Position numbers and translations under genes: made by a program. From contig OY740814.1 of NCBI GenBank assembly GCA_963514005.1, positions 18,228,001-18,292,000 on the forward strand: 64,000 nt of DNA, given 5' to 3'. The DNA comes from Raja brachyura. Lineage: Eukaryota. This document shows, piece by piece, positions 50,608 through 62,374 of this stretch (the stretch's first letter is position 1; every line of letters starts with the position of its first letter). Below the pieces are notes generated by a model. The model was not told where the DNA came from and ran no database searches. It was given only the letters and a program-made list of their open reading frames with translations.

Positions 50608-51020
50608 ATGTAGAAAACACAAAGTGCTGGAGTAACTCAGCAGGTCAGGCAGCATCTCAGGGGAACATGGATAGCTAAATTTTCGGGATGAGACCATTTG
50701 CAGACTGATTGTTAGGGGTGGAAGGGGGGTGAAGAAAGTAGAAAGAGAGGAAGGGCAGGAAAAGGCCAGACAGGGATTAGATTGACACAGGCGAGGAGGG
50801 TTTTTTGACAGGTAGATAGTTGAACAAAAACCAGAGATGAAAAGAATAGAAGGCGTGAGGCAAAGGGATTGAAGAGTTGCAAATTGTGAAGCTAGAGGAA
50901 GGAATGGAGGGGGAGGTGAGAAATGGGTGCGAGTCCAGGTGAGGCCCAGGAAAGTGGGGGAAAGAAGGGGTGGGTAAATTGTGGGAGAAGGGGAGGGTTA
51001 TGCATGTTTTCAAGTTACTT
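50608..51020 (-). mobile_element. Penelope-like 3' non-coding region and terminal module
   Basis: tgtagaaaacacaaagtgctggagtaactcagcaggtcaggcagcatc...; colinear with 5216-5830. Confidence 0.8.
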
Positions 51021-53005
51021 CTTTCGGGTATAATCCATTACTATGGATTCTGTAAAATGTGCTTGGAAGGTGTACATGATAAGCATCAGAATGCCAGTTC
51101 ATCCTGGACCTCTTTTTAATAATGCAATGGCTAGCTGTTTCCTTGACACTCCATTCCCAAAGTATTGGAAGCTTTGAGTCCAGAGAGCAAGTTCCATTAT
51201 AAACCTGAAATAGTTTTGCTGATTTCATCTGATGTATAGTTCATAGCAAAACTAGTCCTGTACGTTTGTTTTTCTAAAGCTAGAGCTGTTAAGAAATGGA
51301 AAGTCTTGGAATTATCTATTAATATCTCGGGAACATTTCAAAGTATTCCACCTAAATATAGTACTTATAAAATGAAGAATTAATAATGCAGGAAATGTGT
51401 TCAAAGAGGTGCATAATTTAGGGAGCATTCACCAACATTTACCAAAGGGAATGTGACAATGTTACAGGTAAAAGAGGGGTCATTTTTTATGGTCTTTCCC
51501 AATCAGCGGCTTGTAATCATGGGTGGACCATTAGAGAAAGTCAAAGTAGATAATGGAAGCGTCACCTCGCGATCAGGAGCAGACTAATGACTGTTTTGAG
51601 TCATAGCCAGCAAAACAAGAATAGCAATATGGGTGTACCTACGGTCTAATAGAAATGGCAGGTCATGTTTAACTAAATTGGAAGACATGATTTGGTAAAG
51701 TCAATTAAGTTATTTTCAAGGATAACTCTTTCTCATAGTATAGAACAAGATGGGAAGATGGTATTATTTGATCTCTGTTGTAATACTGGTTGCCCTGTGT
51801 CCCTGCTATATTAGAAATGGGAAAACAGCAAGAATGTTTGATAGTTAGCTGACGACCCACAATATCTGGATACATCTGTTCTGACATTTGGAATGATTCC
51901 CATGCATGTAGAGCCAGTTGGGTCTAATTTCTAGCAGTGGAACACTGTTTACTTTTGCAAAATCACAAATAAATGATTTGTTAGTGGAAACTTAACTTTG
52001 TGCATTTTTAAATCCATCAGTGAATGAAGATAAGAGGTTCATTCCCTCGCTCATTAGTGATTTTTGAGCCCAATCCTATTCATAAAAATGAGAAAAGTTA
52101 AACAGCAATTCTATTTTTGCCCCTCTAGACAGGGTGTTATTTTACAGCTAAGTGGTTTGTTGTGTGCCAAGTGGTCAAAGGAATTTCTCTAGTACTGACA
52201 AAATAAAGATTGTTTGAGATTATCTAGTAAAATTTAGTAAATAGAACAACTTTTCACCCCAAATTTCTCATGGCCTCATCACCAGGAGTTATCTCTTTGC
52301 TGAGCCTAGCCGTAAAGTAACACCTGAAATAGGGAGCTGCAGATTGATTAGATCTTTGGGACAGGCTCCTGTCTAATCCTGGGTGTTCTTTGAAAAGCTT
52401 CCTCAAACCTTCTCTCCTTGTTTAAGAAGTACAAATAGGCATCTTCTTAACTCCAGCTTCCCCACTTTCCAGGTGACTCCTTGTTGACCACTTTATTTAA
52501 ACACAGCACGTTACAGCCACTTTAGGTTCAGCTGTGTGCAACAGTGTTTACTTCTCCACATACGGCCATTCAACACAACAGTGTGCAAAAAGCTTGAATC
52601 CTTTGAGTCAGGAAATGTAAGTAAAAGTTTCTGTAGTGTGTAATAGCAGGTAATTTCAGCAATGATGTGTTCCTGCTGTGGATCTACACTTAATGTGAGC
52701 TAGGTCGCAGATAGGTCCCTTAATATTAGAGAGCTGTTCTGGGACCCGTACTCCTGTCAAACAAGGCTTCATGCCAGGGGTGCACATTGCTGAATCAGGA
52801 TGTTACACTACAGGGAATGCCTGTGTGTATGCTACCTTCTGTGGTCACTTCTGAAAGAGAATGTCCATGCGGAAAAACCCGAGAAACATAATTGAATCCC
52901 AATAGTTATTGGTTTTATTCTTCAACGTATTTTTGCTTCACTTGCAAAATAAAATCAGCTTTGTTATATTCTATTTAATTTTTTTTCCACAACCTTTCTT
53001 TGCAG

Positions 53006-53110
53006 GTTCATCCATTTGTTGTGCACTACAACGACAAGAACGCTGAGGTGGTTTCCATGTGGGTCTGCAGGATGCTTGAAGAAAGACGCTCACAACAGGG
53101 GATCCAGTAA
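53006..53110 (+). CDS. MAP2K5: MAP2K5 terminal coding exon, VHPFVVHYNDKNAEVVSMWVCRMLEERRSQQGIQ*
   Basis: Acceptor cctttctttgcag|, phase 0, stop TAA at 53108-53110. Matches the MEK5 C-terminus GHPFIVQFNDGNAAVVSMWVCRALEERRSQQG. Confidence 0.96.
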   Translation, partial: VHPFVVHYNDKNAEVVSMWVCRMLEERRSQQGIQ

Positions 53111-54010
53111 CCAACCTCAACACCAGTGGCGTTAGACAAAAGAATATTATCGAGACAATAAAATCTCAACAGAGCAAGCCATTTTATTTCCCCCCCCTCT
53201 CCAGTATTGCCAAATCAATGTGGCAGAGTGTTGCATGACCACAGCATGCCTTACATTATCTCTCGTCTGAGCAGACGACATCTGTAACTGTCCTCTGACT
53301 TGGCAGGTGGTCTCAATTACTGCCATCATGACATGATCTATAGATAGTCCATGAGAAGGGTTAGATCACAGGGGGTCCTCGCATTTCAACCAGCAGAGCC
53401 CAGGAGGTTCACATCTAATTCACTGCACCGTTCATGTGTGCCTGTTTGTCCTTTGTAAATTCAGACACATTCTGCCTGCTCTTATTAGACTGATAATATT
53501 GCTGTTTGAGAGAGTGATCCTATTATTGGACCTGAAGTTATCCTGATATGGAAAACAAGACGAGCACCTCTCACTCTCCAACATTGGGCAACAGTTAGAA
53601 ATTTGGATGCTCGCTTATTTCTTGCAATTGCTTCAAAGCATTTTGAATGCCAACATATTGGGCCTTAAATTTGTTTTCTTTTGACATTTATTTTAAATAA
53701 TATGATACAATTTATAACACATCCAAAACAATGGTATGCAATTATGGTGTATGATTTTTAAAATGTGGATTTTAGATAAAATATGCACATTCTGTACAGT
53801 TTTATATTGATGAAATCAGTCGGTGTATCACTATCATTTGGCTGTGCATTGCACTTTGTCATCAGATTATTTTGTGCAGTCACACATTATACATTTTTCT
53901 TCTGAAGTTGCATATTTTATTCAGTAGTGAACATTTTCTGTTGATTTTCCAAACTTTAAATAAAATTTTAAACCCAGTAATGTATATCAATACCATATTC
54001 TTGATTAAAG
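53111..54010 (+). other. MAP2K5: Probable MAP2K5 3' UTR with candidate poly(A) signals
   Basis: TE-free stretch after the stop, with AATAAA at 53157-53162 and 53959-53964 and ATTAAA at 54004-54009. The site actually used is unknown. Confidence 0.5.
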
Positions 54011-54334
54011 TGAGCTGTAAGTTGCTGTTCCCTCAAGACAGCTGCAAAATGTGCTTTTACATAAAGGAATCTGTGATGTGTTGGCCAGAATGGCTCCATG
54101 GTAAATCAAAAAGAAAGAAAACTATTTCCATGTTCATTTGTGACATTTTCATCTTTGCATCTGTTTGCTTTGAATGCAAACCCTTTGAACAAGGAAATTA
54201 GCATTTATTGCAGCACATCAGAAAGGAATAATGTTATAGGTGATTGATTTTTTATCAAACATTTCTATTCATAATCAGAAATGTTAACTCTTGTTTCTGT
54301 TTACACATAGCTGCCTGTTCTGCTGAGTATTTAT

Positions 54335-54890
54335 ACCTTTGTAAGCCTAACTTCTTGCGATCTGTGTACAAGGAAGTCCAGTTTGTTCTGAACACCATCA
54401 CTCTCACCTATTAGAAAATAATCCAGTTTCTCTTTTTTTTCTATCAAAATACATGTCTGCACATTTGTCCACATTATATACCAGTGGCCACATCTTCAGC
54501 CATTCCCTTAATCTTTCTTTACAGTGCCGATGTTTCTCTGCATCCTCCTCAACCAGCTTTGCAACATGCGCAAACCTGGATACCCTTCACTCGATTCCAT
54601 GGTCCATTGACTTAGATTGCAAGCAGCCGGAGCCAAAGCAAAACAAAGCCTCCCAAAACAAATCTGATCCATTAATTTCTACTCATTGTTTTCTGCCCAT
54701 TAATCAATTCTCAATCTAGGTAAGTATTTTGCCTCTGGTATGTACAGTCACGTTTTGTTTAATTATTTCTTGTCTGGCATCTTATTGAAGGGCTTCTGAA
54801 TGCACAAACATACCACATCAACAAGTTTACCCTTGTCTATTCTGCTAGTTAGAACCTACAAAAACTCTTCATAGATTTGTTAAATATGCA
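54335..54890 (-). mobile_element. Old CR1 RT fragment
   Basis: ggcatcttattgaagggcttctgaatgcac is the reverse complement of a FQKxFxK-like RT motif; highly decayed. Confidence 0.5.
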
Positions 54891-55730
54891 CCTGCACTGG
54901 CAAATATGTCTATTTAATCAATCATTCAAAAGATAGCACCTCCATCTTTGCAATATTTATTTAGTATTACACGAAAGAGTAAACATAGCTATCTCCTCCT
55001 TCGTGGCTTGTTCCCAAACCACCAAGCTCACTTCTAGTGAAACCAGTTTCCACTATAAAGGCAACATGTAGTATGTGTTTCAATCAGACCCAGATAAAAC
55101 TTATGTTAATGAAATGTAAATCTCACAGCTTGATCATACTTACTGGAAGTAAAATTTAAAAGGTTAGCATCTTAAGTAATTACCATAATCATCTATATTT
55201 CTAGGAACTAAGATCTAAGATCATTAAGTGAACCAAGATTGGAACATTGGAAATTAGATCTTATTTCTCAACTTATAAATTTGGACTCAAACTAGTTACT
55301 GGAGCATCTCTATGAGTGTTGCTATATTAGCAGTCTACTAAATAATGACTGATGTGTAAGATTGAGATTTAGTCTCTTGGTACGTTTCTGTCTATGTTTA
55401 GGTAGAAGGAGTTTTTTATGAAAGGAACATATTCAAGGTGTTTTCCTGGGTTCCTTTTGGTTGCCCTGCTGCAAAAAATTGGGTGATCACTTTTTCTTCC
55501 AAATAATGATAAACAGATCCCTCTCAGTTGATTTTCTTCAAGTCGTTTTGAGTGAGAGCCTCTTGGCTAGCGCAACTCAAGCTAGATTGATGGTCACACT
55601 GTGCATCACTCCAAATGGGTTCCCCAATGCTCATGAGTCTTGTGATGACTGCTGTCGAAAATGACCTCAGCAATTGTGTGCATACATCCCATTCTACTTT
55701 ACGATCCAAGTGAAATCAAGTAAATAGATG

Positions 55731-55934
55731 GTAGACAAAAATGCTGGAGAAACTCAGCGGGTGAGGCAGCATCTATGGAGCGAAGGAAATAGGCAACGTT
55801 TCGGGTCGAAATCCTTCTTCAGACCCAAAACGTTGCCTATTTCATTCGCTCCATAGATGCTGCCTCACCCGCTGAGTTTCTCCAGCATTTTTGTGTACCT
55901 TCGATTTTCCAGCACCTGCAGTTCCTTCTTAAAC
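55731..55934. mobile_element. Fold-back Penelope terminal-module insertion with 16-bp TSD
   Basis: TSD atcaagtaaatagatg at 55715-55730 and 55935-55950. Inverted arms meet at about 55822. Confidence 0.93.
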
Positions 55935-56856
55935 ATCAAGTAAATAGATGTTTGTCCCTTATGGAGTAGAGACTTCCACACTACAGACCAACACGTTACC
56001 CATCCTTTTTCTCCAGAGATGCTGCCTGACCTGCTCTCTGGCATCTTAATGAAGGGCTCCAGCAGTTTGTGTCTATCTTTTACACACTACAGAATGCAAG
56101 TATAGAAGCAGGTTGTCTTCACACCACATTTTAAGATACACTTTAGTTCAAAGTTGTAATGTGATATTATCATTGAAACACATTGATAGTATTTGCCCAA
56201 TAATAAATCCTTGACAACATTTAGCAAGAAACTCCAAGGCTACATATAAAGATTAAATGTATTATTGTTATGTTAGATTTCAGTTGCATACCCCTTTTGA
56301 TCTTGATAAACTGTTCAGATTGTATCCAGAAGTGCTAAAATTCCTAAAATTTGAACAGGCGAAACTGGACAATATATAAACAGCACAGTATCCCCAGTCT
56401 CCAAACAGGTAATGCTCCTGCAATGGCATATTCAGATACTTAATCTGACATGCTCTTGATCTTGGCAAAGGTGATATGTTACTATATTTTAACCTGAAAT
56501 GTTTCATTTTAATCTCATGAAATGCTCACAAAAATTACATGTTTAGATGATTATATCCCACAGCATAATTTGCATCCCAGGTGAAAATGATCCAGAAACA
56601 TCCTCCATTAGTGTCTTTGTGTGCATTGCTAGGGGATATCTGCTCTGCCCCATCTCAGAAAATGCCAGCTACATTTGATTGTGAGTGACCCACTGTCAAA
56701 TCTAATGTGATTATTATGCGTGTTTTCATTATGCATGGCATTGGGTCATTTCAGTGCATAAATTGAATACATTAGCATACTGGACACTTTCAAATAATTT
56801 GTTTGGGATTGAAAGACCATATTCAGTGTTACAGACATTTGAAGATGAGTGAATAT

Positions 56857-57095
56857 TTAGTTTTAGTTTAGTTTTAGAGATACAGCTTGGAAACAGGTCC
56901 ACACCGACCAATGATCACCCATTCACACTAATTCAATGTTATCCCACTTTAACATCCATTCCCTTCACACAAAGAGCAATTTACACAGGCCAGTTAACCG
57001 ACGAACCCACAGGTCTTTGGAATGTGGGTGGAAACCAAACACCCGGAGGTCAAAGGGAGAATGTACAAGCTCCCTCATTGCGCCACCATGCTGCA
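56857..57095 (-). mobile_element. V-SINE, internally deleted
   Basis: (tttagt)n tail with agagatacagcttggaaacagg, and V-domain reverse complement gggagaatgtacaagctcc. Confidence 0.75.
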
Positions 57096-58644
57096 CTACA
57101 TTTTTGGGTATCAAAAAATACTTCCCTTTAAAGATGTGTTAAATTCTGCAAAGAAACCGATCTGCCCTCAAGATTAAGAGGGCAGTGCAAACAAATCGGA
57201 GGTTTCTCTGACGCCATGATTTCTTCCACTTTGGCATTGTTCTTCATTGTGAGGCAAGAGGTTATACATTGTTCTGCAACAACTAAGAGCTTCCATCCTA
57301 AATTGCAATGGGAGTCCAAGAGTGCAGAGCACTCACTTTGAACATGTGACTGAACCGTACATTTCTCGATTTGCAATGTGTGTTTTTTTTGGTTTCTTAT
57401 GCACATCTTAATAATTAGTTAACATCCACTGTTGAGTGACCCTTTTGGTTTATTGCACAGTTAATACAGCTGTTCTGGTCTTCAGCAGCTAAGGACCTAA
57501 CACGTGCAATCATGATGAAATCATTTAACAGGGCTCAATTCCGCTTCCTATTCTTAATTCTACACGAAAGTTAGCTTTACGAAAGGACTATTCAATGCAA
57601 TTTGATAGAAGAAGAATCTTATCATTTTTGCCAGGCGAATGATAATTCATGTCACCGCTTTATACATCTACATACATAGAAGAAAGCTTTTGCCAGACAT
57701 TGACACAAAAGTGTTTTTTTCTTTTTGCACAGTGTGATTAGTCTGAGCAAGCACAGGAAAACTAAGTTTAAAAAGAGAAATTAATCACCATCCCAGTTTA
57801 TTAGATTGCATTGTGCTATAGGGATGTGATTTCTTTGCAGCTGTAACTAAGTACATTTTAATTTTAGCACTAATGCAAAACAGTCTCTCTTTTGAACCAA
57901 TGCTAAATTTGTAATGTGAATCGAGAGCCAGACCCTGAAACCACGGAGAGTTTAAATCCAATACAGTGTGAAACCGGGTGTAAAAAGTGCCTTGGGGAGG
58001 TCCCTTGATCGTCCTGAACACTTTAGACTCACCTGCAATTAATTAAAAAGTTTAAAGAGTCAAAACATTTAAAATGTAACCACTGGGAGAAGTTTTGCAC
58101 CTGGTGCATGTATTGTTTGAAGCTGTGTACGTAGTGTAAGTGGCAGTGGGAACTGGAGCTGTAACCTATACTAGGCTTGAATGGCATGTGAAATCTTTAA
58201 TGCTTTACACCTAGGAGTTTTACCTATTAGTCTGTGTAAGTCTGAAGGAAACCTACATTGGATATTGGATGTAATGATAAGATACATGGATAGAAATCAT
58301 GATGTGTCATAAATGGCAGTGCCCCCCTGTTCTAGATTCTCCCACAAGAGGAAACAGCCCCTCCTCTTTCACCCATCAAAACTCACCAGGTTCCTGCATG
58401 TGCCAATCAAGCTTCCACTCGCTCTTCTCAATTCCAGCCTATATAAAACTAACCCCTAACCCAACGTTTCCTCGTAAGACAACCCACCCATTGTAGGTAT
58501 CAGTGTGGTTTGGACAGGATCGATTCCTCGTAAAATAACTTGGCAGCACGTGACCCAGGGTCATATCTGAGAAGCGGAGGTCATGGCAAGACTATGAAGA
58601 AAGCAAGTGCATTTAAGGAGTTTCAAAACCCGAGAGAGTCATAC

Positions 58645-58980
58645 AAAGATACAGCACAGAAACTGGCCCATCAACCCACCACGTTTGCGCAATCCATCAA
58701 ACACCCATCTCTACTAATCCTACGTAAATCCTATCTTTTTTTATTATCAACTTTTTCAGATTCTACCACTCAATTTCACAATAGAGGTTAATTGACAGTG
58801 GCTGATAATGACCAAACTGCACGACTTAGGAATGTGGTTGGAAACCGGAGCACCAAGCGGAAACCCATGCAATCACAGGAAAAACGTGCAAACCACATGC
58901 AGACAGCATCCATGCACAGGATTGAACCAGGGTCTCCAGTGCTGCAAGGTAGAGGCTCTACCAGCTACACCACCGCGTCA
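58645..58980 (-). mobile_element. V-SINE
   Basis: ggaaaccggagcaccaagcggaaacccatgcaatcacaggaaaaacgtgcaaaccacatgcagacagca...caggattgaaccagggtct (V domain plus tRNA-derived head). Confidence 0.8.
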
Positions 58981-59667
58981 CTCAAAAAGCACATATCATA
59001 CCTGGCACATGCAGATGACCAAGCTTTTACTGCACCTGTGAACAGCTTCAGGTTGATCCTGGCTTGTATTAGAAATGGATGTCAATGATGATCAAACAAA
59101 TTACTAACATTCCACATGCAACAACTCACTCACCCCACAAGAAATGCCATTTGAACAAACTACCAGAGGATAAGGGAGAGTAATTTAGAATTTACAGACA
59201 AATCGCTGGCATATATATAGATGGTTTTTTTCTCAAGACCATTTGAATATTGACATTTTCTCATTACTTTAATAGTAGAGGCACAAAATGATACAAAAAG
59301 TACAATACTGATTGCAGAACCCTAAGGTTTTACATCATCTGATGATGGCTACTACCAGATCAGCCATAATCCTATTAAATGGCAGAGTAAGCTCAAGTGA
59401 CCATGTGGTGTACTCTTGTTCCTATCATCAGATGGCGGGCTTTCGGTGTTGATTGCTTCTCTTCAGCAGTGAATAATATATTAGTTCACAGAGTACTGTA
59501 TACAATTCAACCCTCTACGCCACATAAAAGGAATTTGAGCATGGGAAACAATGCAAAAAGGATTTAAAGGTAAAACAAATTCACACCACAATCAAGTGGT
59601 GAAGCTATCAGGAAATATTTAGCAAGCTAGCACTTTTTTCTTGAAAAGAGAATTAATTTCAGTAATA

Positions 59668-60060
59668 TTTAAGAAAGAACTGCAGATGCTGGAAAAATCG
59701 AAGATAGACAACAATGCTGGAGAAACTCAGTGGGTAAGGCAGCATCTATGGAGAGAAGGAATATTTATTTCTGTCCTGGGCCTCTGCCATAGCCAGAGTA
59801 AGGCCCAGTGCAAATTGGAGGAACAGCACCTCATATTCACTTGGGTAGTTTACATCCCAGCGGTATGAACATTGACTTCTCCAATTTCAGATAGTCCTCG
59901 CTTTCTCCTTCCCCTCCCCTTCGCAGCTCTGCCGAAGCCTGCTGTCTCCGTCTCTTCCTTTCCTTTTCCCCGCCCCTCCCCCCCCGACATTAGTCTGAAG
60001 TAAACGTCGCCTATTCTCTCCATAGATGCTGTCTCACCAACTGAGTTTCTCCAGCATTTT
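59668..60060. mobile_element. Penelope 3' fragment (+) preceded by an inverted terminal module (-)
   Basis: Minus arm 59668-59760, then plus-strand ISVLGLCHSQSKAQCKLEEQHLIF (GIY-YIG end) and a module whose stem II is deleted (ctgaagtaaacgtc). Confidence 0.82.
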
Positions 60061-60379
60061 TAATTACAGTAACATGTTCAATACGGACCCATCACCTCAC
60101 CTGAGTTCCAGGCTCAGCACCAGACCCATAACCTCCACGATGTAGACTCTGAGAGCACGTGGCCTGACTCTGCTGGGTCCTATTGCTCCCCCCCCCCCCC
60201 CCAACAGGGGACCATAGCAGTGATTGATCCTCCCATTCCCCCCTCTTTAAACCAGGTTCCCCTGACCACACCCCACCCGTACAATAGACCTCACGCCCCC
60301 TCCTCTTTGACTACCCAGCACCCCCCACCCCCCCAACCAGATCTTGCCTCAGCCTTTGTCCACTCCCCGGCCCCCCTCT

Positions 60380-61538
60380 GACCCCAACCTTGCCATGTCT
60401 TCACCATTCTCCCTGACCTCCCCCTTTCTGATAAGGCACGGTCTGTCCTCAACAGAGGCCTCACCTTCGTTCCCCTCTGCCCCCACCTCAACGAGTTCCG
60501 GGTCCGCCACAACGTAGAGCTTTTCTTCCGTCGCCTCCGCCTTCGTGCCTTTTTCTATGGGAAGGTCCTCACCACCCAGTGATGACCCATTCTCCCATCT
60601 TCCCCCTCCTCTTGGACTCCCAAGAATGGCCTTCTACCCTCTCTAGACCTCTTTATTTCTAACTGTCTGTGTGACATCAACAGTCTCAACTTTTCCACTC
60701 CCCATACCTATACGGCTTTTCCACCCCACATACGCCTCCGCTCAGCATCCCTGACATAATCAAACCTGCTGACAAGGGAGGTGCCGTGGTAGTCTGGCGC
60801 GTTGACCTCTACCGGGCTGAGGCCAGGTGACAACTCAAAGACACCACCTCCTACTTATCCTTGGACCATGATCCCACAGATGAGCACCAGGCCTTAATCT
60901 CAAACACCATTACAGATTTCATCACTTCTGTCTGTCTGCCTTCCATAGCCTTCAACCTTATCGTTTCCCAGCCCCGCACAGCCCATTTTTACCTTCTCCC
61001 CAAAATCCACAAACACAACGGCCCTGCAAGACTGATTGTTTCTGCCTGCTCCTGTCCCACTGACCTGAGCAGGCAGAAACAGCCCAGTGGTGTGAATATT
61101 GATTTTTCTCGCTTCAGGTAGCCCCGGCATTCCCCCTCTCTCCATCTTCCCAATAACCCTCTTTCGCTAAACCCCTCCCTTCACCACCTCCAATTTAAAT
61201 TCCAGTTGGAATATTTTGGAGGACCAAGTAACCAAGAACCAAGAATCCCTCCCCCACCCAAGTCACACTAGCTTCTCATTTTCACCCTACAAACAGCTAA
61301 CAATGGCTTGTTTCCTTTATCATCGATACTTTTTTGCATATCTTTCATTCATTGTTCTTTATCCCTCCACATCACCGTCTATATCTCTCGTTTCCCTTAT
61401 CCCAACCGTCTGAAGAAGGGTCTCAACCCGAAACGTCACCCATTCCTCCTCTCCAGAGATGCTGCCTGTCCCGCTGAGTTACTCCAGCTTTTTGTGTGTA
61501 TCTTTGGTTTAAACCAGCATCTGCAGTTCCTTCTTACA
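60380..61538 (+). mobile_element. Internally deleted Penelope-like element (N-terminal/early RT joined to ORF end and terminal module)
   Basis: LSDKARSVLNRGLTFVP...FFRRLRLRAFF; IIKPADKGGAVVVW; FYLLPKIHK..PARLIVSACSCPT joined directly to QPSGVNIDFSRFR*. Confidence 0.9.
61410..61437 (+). ncRNA. Minimal hammerhead ribozyme motif, intact core
   Basis: CTGAAGA-A-GGGT(CTCA)ACCC-GAAA-CG-TC in the 3' module of the Penelope element. Confidence 0.7.
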
Positions 61539-61884
61539 TAATAGGTTCAATATGTTAGACTTAAAGAAACTGCTTCACTTGTTGGTGAGGTCAGAACAAA
61601 GGGAAAATAGGTAGGAGTGATTAAAAGGATTTAGACGGAGTTTGTTCAATCACAGTTTACAAATGTACTGAACTAAGTGGTTAAACTAAAATGTATTATT
61701 ACATTTAAAGGTCATCCTGATGCAAGCTTGAGGTGTGAAGGGAAAGCAAAGCAGTGGGGGAAGTTAGGAAAAGTGGGGAAAGACTTGTCTGAAGATTAAA
61801 CACCATTATTGATCCATTTGGCCAATTCCAAATTGCAGATTCCATGCAAGCTACATAGACAATTTGATTTATTATAGATTCAAA

Positions 61885-62080
61885 GAACATAAAAATGTAC
61901 AGCCCAAGAACAGGCCATTCAACCCAGAATGTGTATGCCAAACACGATGCCTAAACCAACTCTTATCTGCCTGCACATAATCCATATCTTTCCATCCCCT
62001 GCATATCCTTGTCCTTATGCAAAACTCTCTTAAATGCCACTATCATAACTGCTTCAACCACCACCCCCAGCAGAGCCAGG
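61885..62080 (-). mobile_element. CR1 3' end
   Basis: gaacataaaaatgtacagcccaagaacaggccattcaaccc...tccatatctttccatcccctgc. Confidence 0.75.
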
Positions 62081-62374
62081 CACTCCCCCCCCCCCCCCCC
62101 CATTCAAACGAGTGCAGTAATCTTACACCATGCAAGTTATTTATTTATGACAGGCTAATTTCTATATTTTAAATCATTTTAAAATGCCCATTACCAGTGG
62201 CCAGCATGTACTGTGGTTTGGTATTTATCTCAAAGGATAATCACCTTGCAGATGAATTTCTAAGAATATTCAAAATGTTTATATCTGGTAATTTAGAAAC
62301 GAGAGAGATTCTGCTCACTTCCCATTTCTCTCTGTGGTACGCTTTGCTTTATTGAGAACAGTAAAAAAATCAAA

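Noticed and set aside
62085-62101. Long C or G homopolymers (also near 5334 and 60188) as functional G-quadruplexes
   Set aside because: They lie in or beside TE remnants, and such runs are prone to slippage and sequencing error.
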